Virus record (IMG/VR): IMGVR_UViG_3300031453_000004
Coordinates: 1-43,507 of that record
DNA: 43,507 nt
Reading direction: 5' to 3' (one strand)
From: a virus
Lineage: Duplodnaviria > Caudoviricetes
Position numbers and translations under genes: made by a program. The notes below the pieces were generated by a model, which saw only the letters and a list, made by a program, of their open reading frames with translations, was not told the DNA's origin and searched no databases. This document shows, one piece after another, positions 24,945 through 35,205 of the stretch. Position 1 is the stretch's first letter. Each line of letters begins with the position of its first letter.

Positions 24945-25327
24945 TGGCGTTCGCTGATGTTGAGGCGGTGCTGGTCAGCTTCCTGTCCTCGGTTCCCGGT
25001 GTCGCGGATGTGTCCGTGGAAATGCCGAACCTCCCCAAGCTGCCGTTCCTTCTCGTGACCCGCGTCACCGGCGGCGACGACTACATCACTGACCGGCCAG
25101 TGATGTACGTCGAAACCTTCGCGGCGGATCGGCAGACGTCGAGCGATATCGCTCGGCGGGTTCACGAAAAGATGATGCACCTACGCCACACAGTGGTGGG
25201 TGGGGTGCTGATCGACCACTGCGAAACCATCAACGGACCGTTCTGGTCCAACTACCAGGACGAGAACATGGAACGCCACATCGCGTCCTATGCCGTCCAT
25301 TCCCGATTCAACGCTTCCCCCACCTGA
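24944..25327 (+). CDS. Tail terminator
   Basis: DVEAVLVSFL...PFLLVTRVTG.DD; synteny. Confidence 0.8.
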   Translation: MAFADVEAVLVSFLSSVPGVADVSVEMPNLPKLPFLLVTRVTGGDDYITDRPVMYVETFAADRQTSSDIARRVHEKMMHLRHTVVGGVLIDHCETINGPFWSNYQDENMERHIASYAVHSRFNASPT

Positions 25328-25343
25328 GAAGGAGCATCACATC

Positions 25344-26285
25344 ATGGCCGGAGCAACTTGGGACAGCATGTTCGTCCCCAACCCCCAACTCGTTTTCAAG
25401 GGTCTTTACGGCGACGTGATCGTCAAGGACTATAGCCTGCAGAACCCGTTCGCCAACTGGTCGCCGTTCGACTCGGCGACCGGCTTGCTGTCTTCGGACC
25501 TGCTCAGCGGGCAGGGCTTCATGGAGACGGGGCTGCTCGATGAGAACGGGGTTGTTTTCACCCCGAAGTACGCGGTCGCGGACACCATGGCGTGGCAGAC
25601 TCGTGCCACGGTCCGCAAAGACGTTACGCAGGATACTGCGGAGTCCACGTTCACATGCATCGAGTCGATGCGACCAGTGGTGCAGGCGTTGCGTGAGTCG
25701 GTGCCGTTTTCCCAGTTGCAGGCGGTCGGTGCGCCCGGGTTCGGGTTCAAGAAGTCCCGGACGCCGCGTGTTTCGTTGCGTTCCATTCTGCACATCGCGG
25801 TGGACAACCAGTTGGGCGCCGACTGTTACCAGGTGACTTTGTACCCGCGTGCAGTGCTGACCAAGCCTGACGTGAAGTCGCAACAGGCGAAAACGGAGCA
25901 GTCCACGAAGCTCATGTTTGAGCCGTTGTATGACCAGGTGGCGGGGTTCGCGGAGTACACGTGGACGGACGGCCCAGGTTGGCGTCTGCTGTCCGCCTTG
26001 GTCGCCGTGTCCTCAGTGGTGGCGACTGCGGTCACCGGCGCGAAAGCGAACCTGACGTTCAACCCGCCGACCAACGGCACCGCGCCCTACACCTACTCGG
26101 TAGGGATTGTCCCTGCCGCATCTGGTGCGACAGTGACCTTCGGTGGTACCGCCGCGGCTCCGACTGCTGTGGTGTCTGGTCTGACTGTGGGCACGTCTTA
26201 CGCGTTCACGGTGACCGCCACCGACTCCACCGGCAGGGTGTCGCAGGCTTCCACGACGTCGAACTCGGTGACCGCGATCACCTGA
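25344..26285 (+). CDS. Major tail protein with C-terminal fibronectin-III-like domain
   Basis: AAGGAG RBS; G.LDENG..F; VVSGLTVGTSYAFTVTA. Confidence 0.88.
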   Translation: MAGATWDSMFVPNPQLVFKGLYGDVIVKDYSLQNPFANWSPFDSATGLLSSDLLSGQGFMETGLLDENGVVFTPKYAVADTMAWQTRATVRKDVTQDTAESTFTCIESMRPVVQALRESVPFSQLQAVGAPGFGFKKSRTPRVSLRSILHIAVDNQLGADCYQVTLYPRAVLTKPDVKSQQAKTEQSTKLMFEPLYDQVAGFAEYTWTDGPGWRLLSALVAVSSVVATAVTGAKANLTFNPPTNGTAPYTYSVGIVPAASGATVTFGGTAAAPTAVVSGLTVGTSYAFTVTATDSTGRVSQASTTSNSVTAIT

Positions 26286-26293
26286 CCCTGATC

Positions 26294-26331
26294 CTCGGCG
26301 GCGCGGTGTTGTCGGACGCCGCGCCGCCGAG
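26294..26331 (+). terminator. Long GC stem-loop after major tail gene
   Basis: CTCGGCGGCGCGG...CCGCGCCGCCGAG. Confidence 0.6.
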
Positions 26332-26374
26332 CCTTCACCCCCAATCATCCGGCAATCCGACGAAAGGCAACACC

Positions 26375-26716
26375 ATGGCTAAGTTTCTTCCTCCGCTCTC
26401 AGCGGAGATGGACATCGATGATATGCGGGCGCAGGCCTTGGAGAAGGTAGGTGGCCAACCTGGCATAACCCTCACCACGAAGGATGGGGAACGGTTCTTG
26501 GTCGCACATCCGTTGTGCATGCCCGATGACAAACAAGCACTGATGGATGAGCTGAACGAAAAGGGTGACAACTCGTCTATTTCCCTGGCACGGGTAGTGC
26601 TCGGCGAGGAGGAGCACGCCCAGTTTATTGCTTCCGGCGGCCGCTCCAACGACGTGGCTCTCGTTTTCAGCCTGATGATGGAGCGGGTGAACAACGCCCC
26701 AAACTTGCCGAGGTAG
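26375..26716 (+). CDS. Tail assembly chaperone (G)
   Basis: Between MTP and TMP; slippery CCCAAAC near the 3' end. Confidence 0.85.
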   Translation: MAKFLPPLSAEMDIDDMRAQALEKVGGQPGITLTTKDGERFLVAHPLCMPDDKQALMDELNEKGDNSSISLARVVLGEEEHAQFIASGGRSNDVALVFSLMMERVNNAPNLPR

Positions 26717-27093
26717 TGGGCCTGCTCGTCCACTACTGCACGGAAATTGAGTCGGACCTGTCCCGGTTTCATCACCGCGACATCGGCGACTGGTACCTCG
26801 GCGAAATGTCCTCACGCGAGCTGCTGGTCATCGTCGGCCACCTCCCGGAGGAGTCCGCGACCAAGGCGGCGATGCGGGACGACCCGTGGACAACCATGCA
26901 CCACCTGATCGCCAACGTGCAGGACGCGTTCACCTTTTACCGGGGTGACTTCGCCAAGGCCAACGGTGGGACAGCAAACCCAGAACCCATACGGCGGCCG
27001 GGCGCGGACAAGCGGGAAACAAACCGCCTTGAAGCGCAGAAATCGAAGCACCAGTCGCTGATGGCGTCCATCGGCGGAACAACGCCACAGTGA
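26701..27093 (+). CDS. Tail assembly chaperone -1 frameshift extension (GT)
   Basis: The -1 frame is open from C CCA AAC (26698-26704): KLAEVVGLL...IESDL..F...HLP..SA. Confidence 0.8.
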   Translation, partial: KLAEVVGLLVHYCTEIESDLSRFHHRDIGDWYLGEMSSRELLVIVGHLPEESATKAAMRDDPWTTMHHLIANVQDAFTFYRGDFAKANGGTANPEPIRRPGADKRETNRLEAQKSKHQSLMASIGGTTPQ

Positions 27094-27104
27094 GGAGCTG
27101 ACCA

Positions 27105-30100
27105 ATGTCTGTTGGCTCCGTGTTCGTGGACATCATCCCCCGTGTCATGGGAATGAGTGCTGCCATGACACGCGATGTGGTGGCCCCTGCCGAGGAGGGC
27201 GGTACGGAGGCCGGGCGGACGTTCTCCACGGCGTTCACCCGCTCCGTCACCGGGGGCACGTCGTCCACGGTGGCCGCGGTGCAAGCCCAGGTCCGTGCAG
27301 CACAGGCCGCGGTGGAACAGTCCTCCGTGGCTATTTCGGCGGCACGGGACAAGGAACTGGCTGCCGCGGACCGGGTGCGGATCGCGGAGACCAAGCTAGC
27401 TGAGTCGCGGGCCAAGTATGCCGCCGAGTCATCCCAGGTGGTGGCCGCCGAGGCACGCCTGGAAGCGGCGAAGCGCACCGAGGTCACCGCATCGGATCGT
27501 GTCGTGGTGGCAGAGGCCAACGAAGGCCGGGCGAAGGCCGACCTGATCGCCCGCAACGATGCCCTCGCGGTGTCCAGTGCTCGCGCTGCGGAAGCGTCCG
27601 CACGGTCCAGTGAAACTTCCGGCGCCGGCGCCCTCGCGCTGGCCGGGAAGTTCAAGACCCTTGCCCTCGGCGTGGTCGGTGTTGACGCGGTTATCGGCAT
27701 CGACGCTGTGCACCAGGCCGGTAACTACCAGCAAGCATTGACCAAGTTGGCGACCACTGCCGGTGAGTCCACCGGCAACCTGCACTTGGTTGGGCAGGGC
27801 ATGCTCGACATGGCTGGTCAGGTTGGGGTGTCCGCGCAGGACCTCGCCAAGGCCATGTACACCGTTGAATCCTCTGGGATTCATGGTGCTGACTCGCTCA
27901 TCGTCCTCAAAGCGGCAGCGCAGGGCGCGAAGCAGGAGAACGCCGACCTCACTCACGTCACCGATGCGGTAACCACCGCCCTGCACGACTACAACCTTCC
28001 TGCCTCTGACGCCGCGAAGGTCACCTCACAACTGATCACCGCTGTCTCGCACGGTAAGACCACGTTCGATGAGCTGACCGGGGCCATGCACTCGGTGACC
28101 CCGATCGCTGCGGCTGCGGGTATCTCTCTCGCCGAGGCGTCGGGCACGTTGGCGTCGATGACGGCCTCGGGCATGTCGGCGGACCAGGCGGCGCAGAACC
28201 TCGGCTCCACCATCAAAGGCTTGGCCGCCCCGACCCAGCCGGTCATCAAGGAATTGGCCGCCCTCGGGCTTAACTCGGTGGAGCTGTCGAAGAACCTCGG
28301 CAAGACCGGGGTCGCCGGCACCCTGCAAGAGGTTTCGACTGCCATTCTCGAGAAGATGGGCCCGGCGGGCACCACCCTGCTCTCCACGCTGAACCAGTCG
28401 AAACTGGCCGGTGCGGACGCAGCGAAAATGTACGACTCGATGGCTCCGCCGCTGCGCAAGGTCGCGGATGAGCTGATAAACGGGACGATCACGACCCGGC
28501 AGTTCACGCTCGGCACAGGGCATCTCGATGCCGCGTTGCAGGGCCAGGGTCGGTCGTGGCTGACGCAGTACAAGAACGCCAACGGCTTCTCGCAGGCGCT
28601 GAAGTCTGGTGGCAACGACACCCAGACCTACATGGAAGCCCTGAAGCGGGCCACGGGCACCACAGATGGCATGGCGGTGGCCCTACAGGTCACCGGCGAG
28701 CACGCGGACGCCACGAACGCCGCTATCAAGGACATCGCCAACGCCGTTCCCGAGGCTGACGGCAGCATCAAGGGCTGGTCTGAGGTTCAGGGGAACTTCA
28801 ACCAGAAGCTTTCTGAAGTGGTCGCCGGCATCAAGTCCTGGGTCATCGAACTCGGGCAGAAGCTTCTCCCTGCAGCGACCTCGTTCCTGTCGCTGTTGGT
28901 GTCGTCCGCGTCGTGGATGGGTGAGCATTCCCGGCTGATCGGTGAGATCGCTAAGTGGGTCGGGATCGCCGTGGGCGCTTTCGTGGCGTGGCGGGTGGCG
29001 ATGGTTGCGGGCCAAGCGGTCACGGTCGCATGGGGTGTCATGATGGGCATCTTCAACGGCACCATCACCGCCGGAACTATCGCTACCAAACTCGCCGCCG
29101 CCGGGCAATGGTTGTGGAACGTGGCCCTCGACGCCAACCCGGTCGGCCTCGTTATTGTCGCGATCGGCGCACTAGTGGCCGGGGTTATCTACGCCTACAC
29201 CCACTTCGAGGGCTTCCGCAACGTCATCACCGACGTGTGGAAGTGGATGAAGGACTTTGCGTCGTGGATCCTTGGCGATGCGAAAGCAATGTGGCACGCA
29301 CTGGGCACAGGGTGGGATGCGGTTGTCGGTGCGTGGAAAGCTGTCGTGGCTGATGGCCAGGCCATGTGGCACGCGCTGATCACTGGGTGGAATGCCCTAA
29401 AAGACGCCACGGGCGCGGTTATCAAGTACCTGGTCGATGCGTGGAATTCCTTCACGCACGCGCTGTCCACCGGGTGGAACGAAGGTATTAAGCCCGTTCT
29501 AGTTTGGGTCGGCAACGCTTTCGAGCTGGTCGGTAAGATCATCTTCGCGGTGGTCGGTACCGTCATCTTAGCTCAGTTCCGCCTGTTCATGAACGTCGTG
29601 CACGCCTTGTGGAACGACGCAGTCCATCCAGTCCTCGGCTGGATCGGCGACAGGTTCCACTGGCTGTACGACAGCGTGATTATGCCCGTGATCGGCTTCA
29701 TCAATGATGCGATCACCGCGTGGGGCACTGCAATGCGCTGGCTGCACGACAACGTGACCAAGCCTGTGTTTGACGCCATCGCCGCAGCTTGGCATTGGGT
29801 CTACGACATGGCCGTCAAGGTTGTGACTGATCTAATTAACGATGCCATCCGAGGCTGGGCAACCACGATTACGTGGCTGCACGACAACGTGATAAAGCCG
29901 GTCTTTGGCTTTATCTCGGATGCGTGGCACTGGCTGTACGACACGGCCGTCAAGGTTGTTACCGACCTGATCAACGATTCGATCCGCGGTTGGGCGGCCA
30001 CAACCACCTGGATCCACGACAACGTGATCGTGCCCGTGTTCAACGCGATCTCCGACACATTCCACTGGATCTACGAGCAGGTCATCAAGCCGATCATCGG

Positions 30101-31937
30101 TTTCATCAAGGACGAGATCACCGGCTGGGCCAATATCATGCACTGGCTGTACGACAATGTCATCAAGCCGGTGTTCGATGCTGTCGGGTCAATTATCCGC
30201 ACCACCTATGACGACGTGATTCACCCAGCGTTCGAGGCACTGAAAACTGGCGTCCACGACGTCGGGGAAACCTTCGACACCGTTGTTACGGCCATCGGCA
30301 AGATATGGGACAAGCTCAAAGAGCTGGTTGCGATCCCGATCAACTTCGTCATCAACACCGTCCTGAATGACGGTCTGTTCAAGGCGTGGGACGACGTGGC
30401 TGGGCTCGTCGGTTTGCCGAAGGCACCGCACATCGACCCGGTGAAGTTCGCTGATGGTGGCGTCATGCCCGGTTACACACCGGGCCACGACGTGCACCAG
30501 TTCGTGTCTCCCACCGGGGGCCGTTTGGAGTTGTCTGGCGGTGAAGCCATCATGCGCCCGGAGTGGACAAAGGCTGTGGGTGGTCCAGGGGCTGTTGCGG
30601 AGATGAACCGCGCCGCACGAGCGGGCACGATGGCGGCGTTCGCCAATGGCGGTGTCACTAGCTTCGCTGATGGTGGTGTCACCTGGCCCGCCATGCTCAG
30701 CATCATCCAGGGCCAATTCCCCTGGGCGCTTGACAACTCCGACGTGCGTCCCGGCGACCCCGGTTACCACGGCAAGGGTGAAGCCCTCGACGTCGGAGCC
30801 CCCGGCGACAACCCCGCGCAGTTGGCTCAGGTGGCCGCCTGGATCGGCTCCAACTACTCCAACTCCACCGAGCTGATCCACAACCCAAACGGTTCCATCA
30901 AGTTCGGAAAGTCTGTGCCACCGTCGTTCTGGGGTGCGGAGACGTGGTCGCAACACGCCAACCATGTGCACTGGGCCAACGACCGCGACCCGCACCTGAA
31001 CAGCGGAAACCTTCTCGGCACCATCGGCAGTGAAATTTCCAGCGCCGCGGGGGCTGTCACCCACTTCCTGCGCGACCAGGTTGGGCGCATTTTTGACGGC
31101 ATCATGAGCCCCATCGGCGGACTGATCGACACGACGTTCGGGAAGCCACCACCGCAGATCAAGGGCTTACCGCGTGGGTTGTTCGACAAGACGGTCGGCA
31201 AGGTGCATGACTTCATCGTCGGCAAAGCGGACGCGAAGGATGCCGCAAGCAGTGGTGGTGGGTCGGCCACCCTCGGTCCTCTAGGTGGTAACGCCACCGC
31301 CTACGCACGGGAGATCAATCGCTCGGCCATGGAGCACGGCTTCGGCAAAGAGGGCTCTATCATTGGTATTGCCACCGGCATGGTCGAAACCAATCTGCGG
31401 GAGTACGCCAACTCGAATGTTCCAGCATCGCTAAGTTTCCCGCACGACGCGGTGGGTTCGGACCACGACTCCGTAGGTATCTTCCAGCAGCGCCCGTCCT
31501 GGGGTTCGCTGGACCAACTGATGAACCCACACGCCTCGGCTGACCTGTTCTTCAACCGGCTCGGCTCATTCGACTGGCGGTCGATGGACCCCGGCGCTGC
31601 TGCGCAACGCGTGCAGGTTTCGGCGTTCCCCGGCGCCTACTCAGGTCGGATGGGTGACGCACGAGCATTGGCCGACACCTTCGACGGCGGTGGGCTGGCT
31701 CTCGGTCGGGGCCTGATGGCGAAGGAAACCATCGTGCCTGAGCGGATGCTGTCCCCGCGGCAGACCGAGGCGTTCGAGCGGCTGGTGCCGATGCTGTCCG
31801 CGCTACCCCCGGCTGGGGACACCACTACAACCAGCAACGGCCCGCACATCGAGCAGCACATCTACCCGCGGGCCGGTCAGTCGGAGGCACAGATCGCCGC
31901 CGACGTTGAGCGGCGCCTCCTGTTTGCGATGCGTTAG
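27105..31937 (+). CDS. Tape measure protein with C-terminal cell-wall hydrolase-like domains
   Basis: 1610 aa, Ala-rich, TP901-type core, periodic Trp repeats; YHGKGEALD...HANHVH and VETNL...SVGIFQQRPSWG. Confidence 0.95.
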   Translation: MSVGSVFVDIIPRVMGMSAAMTRDVVAPAEEGGTEAGRTFSTAFTRSVTGGTSSTVAAVQAQVRAAQAAVEQSSVAISAARDKELAAADRVRIAETKLAESRAKYAAESSQVVAAEARLEAAKRTEVTASDRVVVAEANEGRAKADLIARNDALAVSSARAAEASARSSETSGAGALALAGKFKTLALGVVGVDAVIGIDAVHQAGNYQQALTKLATTAGESTGNLHLVGQGMLDMAGQVGVSAQDLAKAMYTVESSGIHGADSLIVLKAAAQGAKQENADLTHVTDAVTTALHDYNLPASDAAKVTSQLITAVSHGKTTFDELTGAMHSVTPIAAAAGISLAEASGTLASMTASGMSADQAAQNLGSTIKGLAAPTQPVIKELAALGLNSVELSKNLGKTGVAGTLQEVSTAILEKMGPAGTTLLSTLNQSKLAGADAAKMYDSMAPPLRKVADELINGTITTRQFTLGTGHLDAALQGQGRSWLTQYKNANGFSQALKSGGNDTQTYMEALKRATGTTDGMAVALQVTGEHADATNAAIKDIANAVPEADGSIKGWSEVQGNFNQKLSEVVAGIKSWVIELGQKLLPAATSFLSLLVSSASWMGEHSRLIGEIAKWVGIAVGAFVAWRVAMVAGQAVTVAWGVMMGIFNGTITAGTIATKLAAAGQWLWNVALDANPVGLVIVAIGALVAGVIYAYTHFEGFRNVITDVWKWMKDFASWILGDAKAMWHALGTGWDAVVGAWKAVVADGQAMWHALITGWNALKDATGAVIKYLVDAWNSFTHALSTGWNEGIKPVLVWVGNAFELVGKIIFAVVGTVILAQFRLFMNVVHALWNDAVHPVLGWIGDRFHWLYDSVIMPVIGFINDAITAWGTAMRWLHDNVTKPVFDAIAAAWHWVYDMAVKVVTDLINDAIRGWATTITWLHDNVIKPVFGFISDAWHWLYDTAVKVVTDLINDSIRGWAATTTWIHDNVIVPVFNAISDTFHWIYEQVIKPIIGFIKDEITGWANIMHWLYDNVIKPVFDAVGSIIRTTYDDVIHPAFEALKTGVHDVGETFDTVVTAIGKIWDKLKELVAIPINFVINTVLNDGLFKAWDDVAGLVGLPKAPHIDPVKFADGGVMPGYTPGHDVHQFVSPTGGRLELSGGEAIMRPEWTKAVGGPGAVAEMNRAARAGTMAAFANGGVTSFADGGVTWPAMLSIIQGQFPWALDNSDVRPGDPGYHGKGEALDVGAPGDNPAQLAQVAAWIGSNYSNSTELIHNPNGSIKFGKSVPPSFWGAETWSQHANHVHWANDRDPHLNSGNLLGTIGSEISSAAGAVTHFLRDQVGRIFDGIMSPIGGLIDTTFGKPPPQIKGLPRGLFDKTVGKVHDFIVGKADAKDAASSGGGSATLGPLGGNATAYAREINRSAMEHGFGKEGSIIGIATGMVETNLREYANSNVPASLSFPHDAVGSDHDSVGIFQQRPSWGSLDQLMNPHASADLFFNRLGSFDWRSMDPGAAAQRVQVSAFPGAYSGRMGDARALADTFDGGGLALGRGLMAKETIVPERMLSPRQTEAFERLVPMLSALPPAGDTTTTSNGPHIEQHIYPRAGQSEAQIAADVERRLLFAMR

Positions 31938-31948
31938 GAGGTGATCCT

Positions 31949-32851
31949 ATGGCGGTAGCAGACCGCATCGTCACTCTCGCTGGGGTGCAGTTCTTGGCGT
32001 ATGACACACCCGACTCCAGCGGGGTGTCGAGGATTGCCACCGAGCTCGGTGGCTGGCTTGGCACCCCCAAGCTACGGACCAGCTACACGCCGCTGCCGTT
32101 CGCTGCGGGCAGTATCTACAGCCCCGCATATGCGGATCACAGGGTTCTCGTGCTGGATGGGGAGATCATCACCACCGATCCGGCCACGTTGAGTCGGGCG
32201 CTCCGCGCCTTGAACGGGCTGTGCAGTCAACCGGAGCAGTTGTACACGCTGCAGGTCGATGACTCAGCCGGGTCGCTGTTCTGCCTGGTGCAACGTTCCA
32301 CTGAAATTTTGGCCAAGTCGGGAGACGGCCTGGTGGCGCAATTCTCGGTGTCGTTGACGGCCCCGGACCCCCGCCTGTTGGACGTCACTTTGCAGTCGGC
32401 GACCACGCAGATGGCGCAGCCGGGCAATGGTGGGGTGCCGTGGAACGGTCCGCCTCCGGGCACCACCGGCACCCAGTGGAACGGGCCGACAGGCACCACG
32501 GGCCTCGCCTACGGGCAGCCTGGCCCCAGTGGCATTGTGACCGTCGACAACACGGCGGGTACCGCCCCCGCTGATGTGCTGCTCACCATTCAAGGCCCAG
32601 CGACGAACCCTACTCTGATCACCACCGCCGGGGTCATCGTGTACGGCGGCACCTTGTCTGCTTCGGATGTGTTGGTCATCAACACCGGCACAGGTTCGGT
32701 ACTGCTGAATGGCGCCAACCGCCGCAATTTGTTGACGAGGGCGGGGTTCTTCCAAATCCCGGCCGGTCAAACGTTGGGTATCTCATTCTCCGCTGACCTG
32801 CAGAACAACACCGCCACCCTCACCGCCCAGTGGCGGACCTCGTACCTCTAG
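31949..32851 (+). CDS. Distal tail protein (Dit-like)
   Basis: Follows TMP; LTAPDPR, I.GPATNP. Confidence 0.8.
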   Translation: MAVADRIVTLAGVQFLAYDTPDSSGVSRIATELGGWLGTPKLRTSYTPLPFAAGSIYSPAYADHRVLVLDGEIITTDPATLSRALRALNGLCSQPEQLYTLQVDDSAGSLFCLVQRSTEILAKSGDGLVAQFSVSLTAPDPRLLDVTLQSATTQMAQPGNGGVPWNGPPPGTTGTQWNGPTGTTGLAYGQPGPSGIVTVDNTAGTAPADVLLTIQGPATNPTLITTAGVIVYGGTLSASDVLVINTGTGSVLLNGANRRNLLTRAGFFQIPAGQTLGISFSADLQNNTATLTAQWRTSYL

Positions 32852-32860
32852 GAGACCTCA

Positions 32861-34000
32861 ATGGCCGTTGCCCTCTCTAACGGACTCCCGCTAACTGGGG
32901 CCGATGGCTCGACCGGTCGCAATAACGGCAGGGACATCCGCAAGGGTCTCCTGTCGTCGCTGCTGTTGCCGGACACGAAGTCGAACCCGTTGGCGGTCCG
33001 CAACGGGGTCCTCAGCCATGACTACGACAGTGGTGGGGTCAAGTCGCTACGGGTGGACCAAACCGGCACGGCCAGCGCGCAGGTCATCATCCAACCGGGC
33101 GCTTTCGTCAGTGAGCGGGCAGGGCAAGGGCCTTACATCGGGTGGGGGGAAACCAGTGCCGGGGTGTTGCTCACCCCACCCACCTCCAACTCGACCAACC
33201 CCCGCATCGACGTCGTGTACGCCCAAGTACTGGACAAGGCCAGCATCAGTCTCGACCCGTCCACGGACGCCATCGTGGATGTGGTAATAGGGGTGCCATC
33301 GGCGACCCCAGCGGCCCCAGCGGTCACCGCCGATGGTGCTGTGATCCTGGCCCAGCTGTACCGCCCGGCAGGCTCCACCACCATCACTCAGGCGAACATC
33401 ACCGACGTGCGCCGCTCTACCGGCCTGGTGGGGACGATCCGGCGCCTGCTGCCCGGCGACTTCCTGTCCGACCCGGGGAAGGTCGACGGCGAATTACGCT
33501 ACCGGCAAGCTGTTGGTGGGTTGCCGTCGTTGGTGGACTACTGGGACGCCGGGCAGGGGGTGTGGCGGGGCACGCAGAGCTTCGCCCTGGCCGGTGCGTG
33601 GCCCACCACCACGTTCGGTGGTATCGCTGTCAGCGTCAGCGGTACGCAGGTCACCTACACCGGTGTGAACAGCGCCGGGAATATTCCCATTTCGGTAAGC
33701 ATCCCCGACCCCGGCTGGCCTTACCGGGTGCAGGCATCCACAGGCTTTACGCTCGCCAGCGTCAGCGTAGCCAACACATACCTTAACTCGTACGTCAGCG
33801 TCAACAGCAACCTCTTTGCGGGTAGCTACTCGTCAACCGGCAACCCTCAGGTCCTCTCTATCGTGCCTGTCGGAAACGCGATTTACACAGGACCCTCTAC
33901 GGCTCGCCTTTACTGGGATGTTGTCGGGTCCGGTGGCGGATCGGTGAGTATCAACATCGACACCCGCAACAACTTGATGATCCAGGTCGTGCCGGCCTGA
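32861..34000 (+). CDS. Minor tail protein
   Basis: NPRIDVVYAQV.D...G.PSATP.AP...LAQ...ITD.R. Confidence 0.75.
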   Translation: MAVALSNGLPLTGADGSTGRNNGRDIRKGLLSSLLLPDTKSNPLAVRNGVLSHDYDSGGVKSLRVDQTGTASAQVIIQPGAFVSERAGQGPYIGWGETSAGVLLTPPTSNSTNPRIDVVYAQVLDKASISLDPSTDAIVDVVIGVPSATPAAPAVTADGAVILAQLYRPAGSTTITQANITDVRRSTGLVGTIRRLLPGDFLSDPGKVDGELRYRQAVGGLPSLVDYWDAGQGVWRGTQSFALAGAWPTTTFGGIAVSVSGTQVTYTGVNSAGNIPISVSIPDPGWPYRVQASTGFTLASVSVANTYLNSYVSVNSNLFAGSYSSTGNPQVLSIVPVGNAIYTGPSTARLYWDVVGSGGGSVSINIDTRNNLMIQVVPA

Positions 34001-35205
34001 TGGTCGCGTACCGGTTGGCGGTGGCGAACACCATCTCCGGGCAGATCGTTGGCGACCTCCCCTATGTCACGACCCCCACATGGGGGCGGGTGCTGAACGG
34101 CTCCGGTTCCTTGTCTGGTGTTGCGGTGCCGTTGAACCCGACACAGTTGGACGCGGACATGGCCCAGCGTTTGCGGGAGCCGTGGCGGTGGACGATCCTC
34201 TGGGCCTACGGCAATGTCATCCTGCAAGCTGGCATCCTGTCCTCGATCACGGTGGACGACACGCAGAAACCCTCGGTGGCGTCGTTGGCGACTACCACCG
34301 TGTGGGAGTTCCTGACCCGCAAACGCCTCGTGGTCACCCCCGGTCAGGACATTGGTACCGACGCCGCGAACGTCGTTTTCTCCCCTACCGCACCGGACAC
34401 CGCGAACCGGAACCTGTCGCTGCACTCCATCGCCCGGCGCCTGGTGGAACTAGCCACCGTCAACACCGACCCCACCTACCAACTGCCGCTCGTCCTGCCC
34501 GACACCATCGGCGGCACCAACGTTCGCACTTACTTAGGATCGGATTTGGCCACGACAGGCACCCGACTGTCGGAGCTCACCCAAGTCATCAACGGGCCCG
34601 AGATCGAGTTCGCCCCCGAGTTCAACGACTCCACGCAGGGCTATTTCCGGTGGCGAATGCGGATCGGCAACAACAGGCTCGGGCAGTTGGGATTCCCCCA
34701 CGCCTGGGACTACCAGAGGGCTCTGCTGTCCCTGTCCACGGGCATCGACGGGACCGACATGACCTTCAACGTCACCAGCAAGGGCCAGGACACGAGGACG
34801 GTTTCCTCGGCCACACCCCCCGTGGCTTCCGGTGCCCTGATCTCCGCAGCAGCCTCGGACACCACCTACACGGGGCAGGGGTGGCCGGCGTTGCAAACCG
34901 CGGACACCGGGCATACCTCCACCATCGACACTGCCACCGTCGCGGGGTACGCCACTGCTGCGGTCACCACCCACCGGGTGCCGATCAAAACGGCCACCGC
35001 CCGTATCAGCATCAACGGGTTGGACAATCAGGGCCGGCAGACCGGGGCACCCTCCATCGACCTGATCGCGGTGGGCGACACAGCGTTCGTCGGCCTCGTG
35101 GGGCACCCGTTCCTGCCCGACGGCCAGTACGGCCTGCGGATACTCACCCTGGAGTCTGGGCCTGATGCTTTCACGGCGAAGATGGTTGTGCAGGTACTGA
35201 TGTGA
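34000..35205 (+). CDS. Minor tail / baseplate hub (Tal-like)
   Basis: LN.SGS, L.EL....NGPEIEF.P; synteny. Confidence 0.75.
   Translation: MVAYRLAVANTISGQIVGDLPYVTTPTWGRVLNGSGSLSGVAVPLNPTQLDADMAQRLREPWRWTILWAYGNVILQAGILSSITVDDTQKPSVASLATTTVWEFLTRKRLVVTPGQDIGTDAANVVFSPTAPDTANRNLSLHSIARRLVELATVNTDPTYQLPLVLPDTIGGTNVRTYLGSDLATTGTRLSELTQVINGPEIEFAPEFNDSTQGYFRWRMRIGNNRLGQLGFPHAWDYQRALLSLSTGIDGTDMTFNVTSKGQDTRTVSSATPPVASGALISAAASDTTYTGQGWPALQTADTGHTSTIDTATVAGYATAAVTTHRVPIKTATARISINGLDNQGRQTGAPSIDLIAVGDTAFVGLVGHPFLPDGQYGLRILTLESGPDAFTAKMVVQVLM

Noticed and set aside
29200-30300. Near-duplicated segments within the tape measure gene
   Set aside because: Ordinary Trp-periodic TMP repeats.
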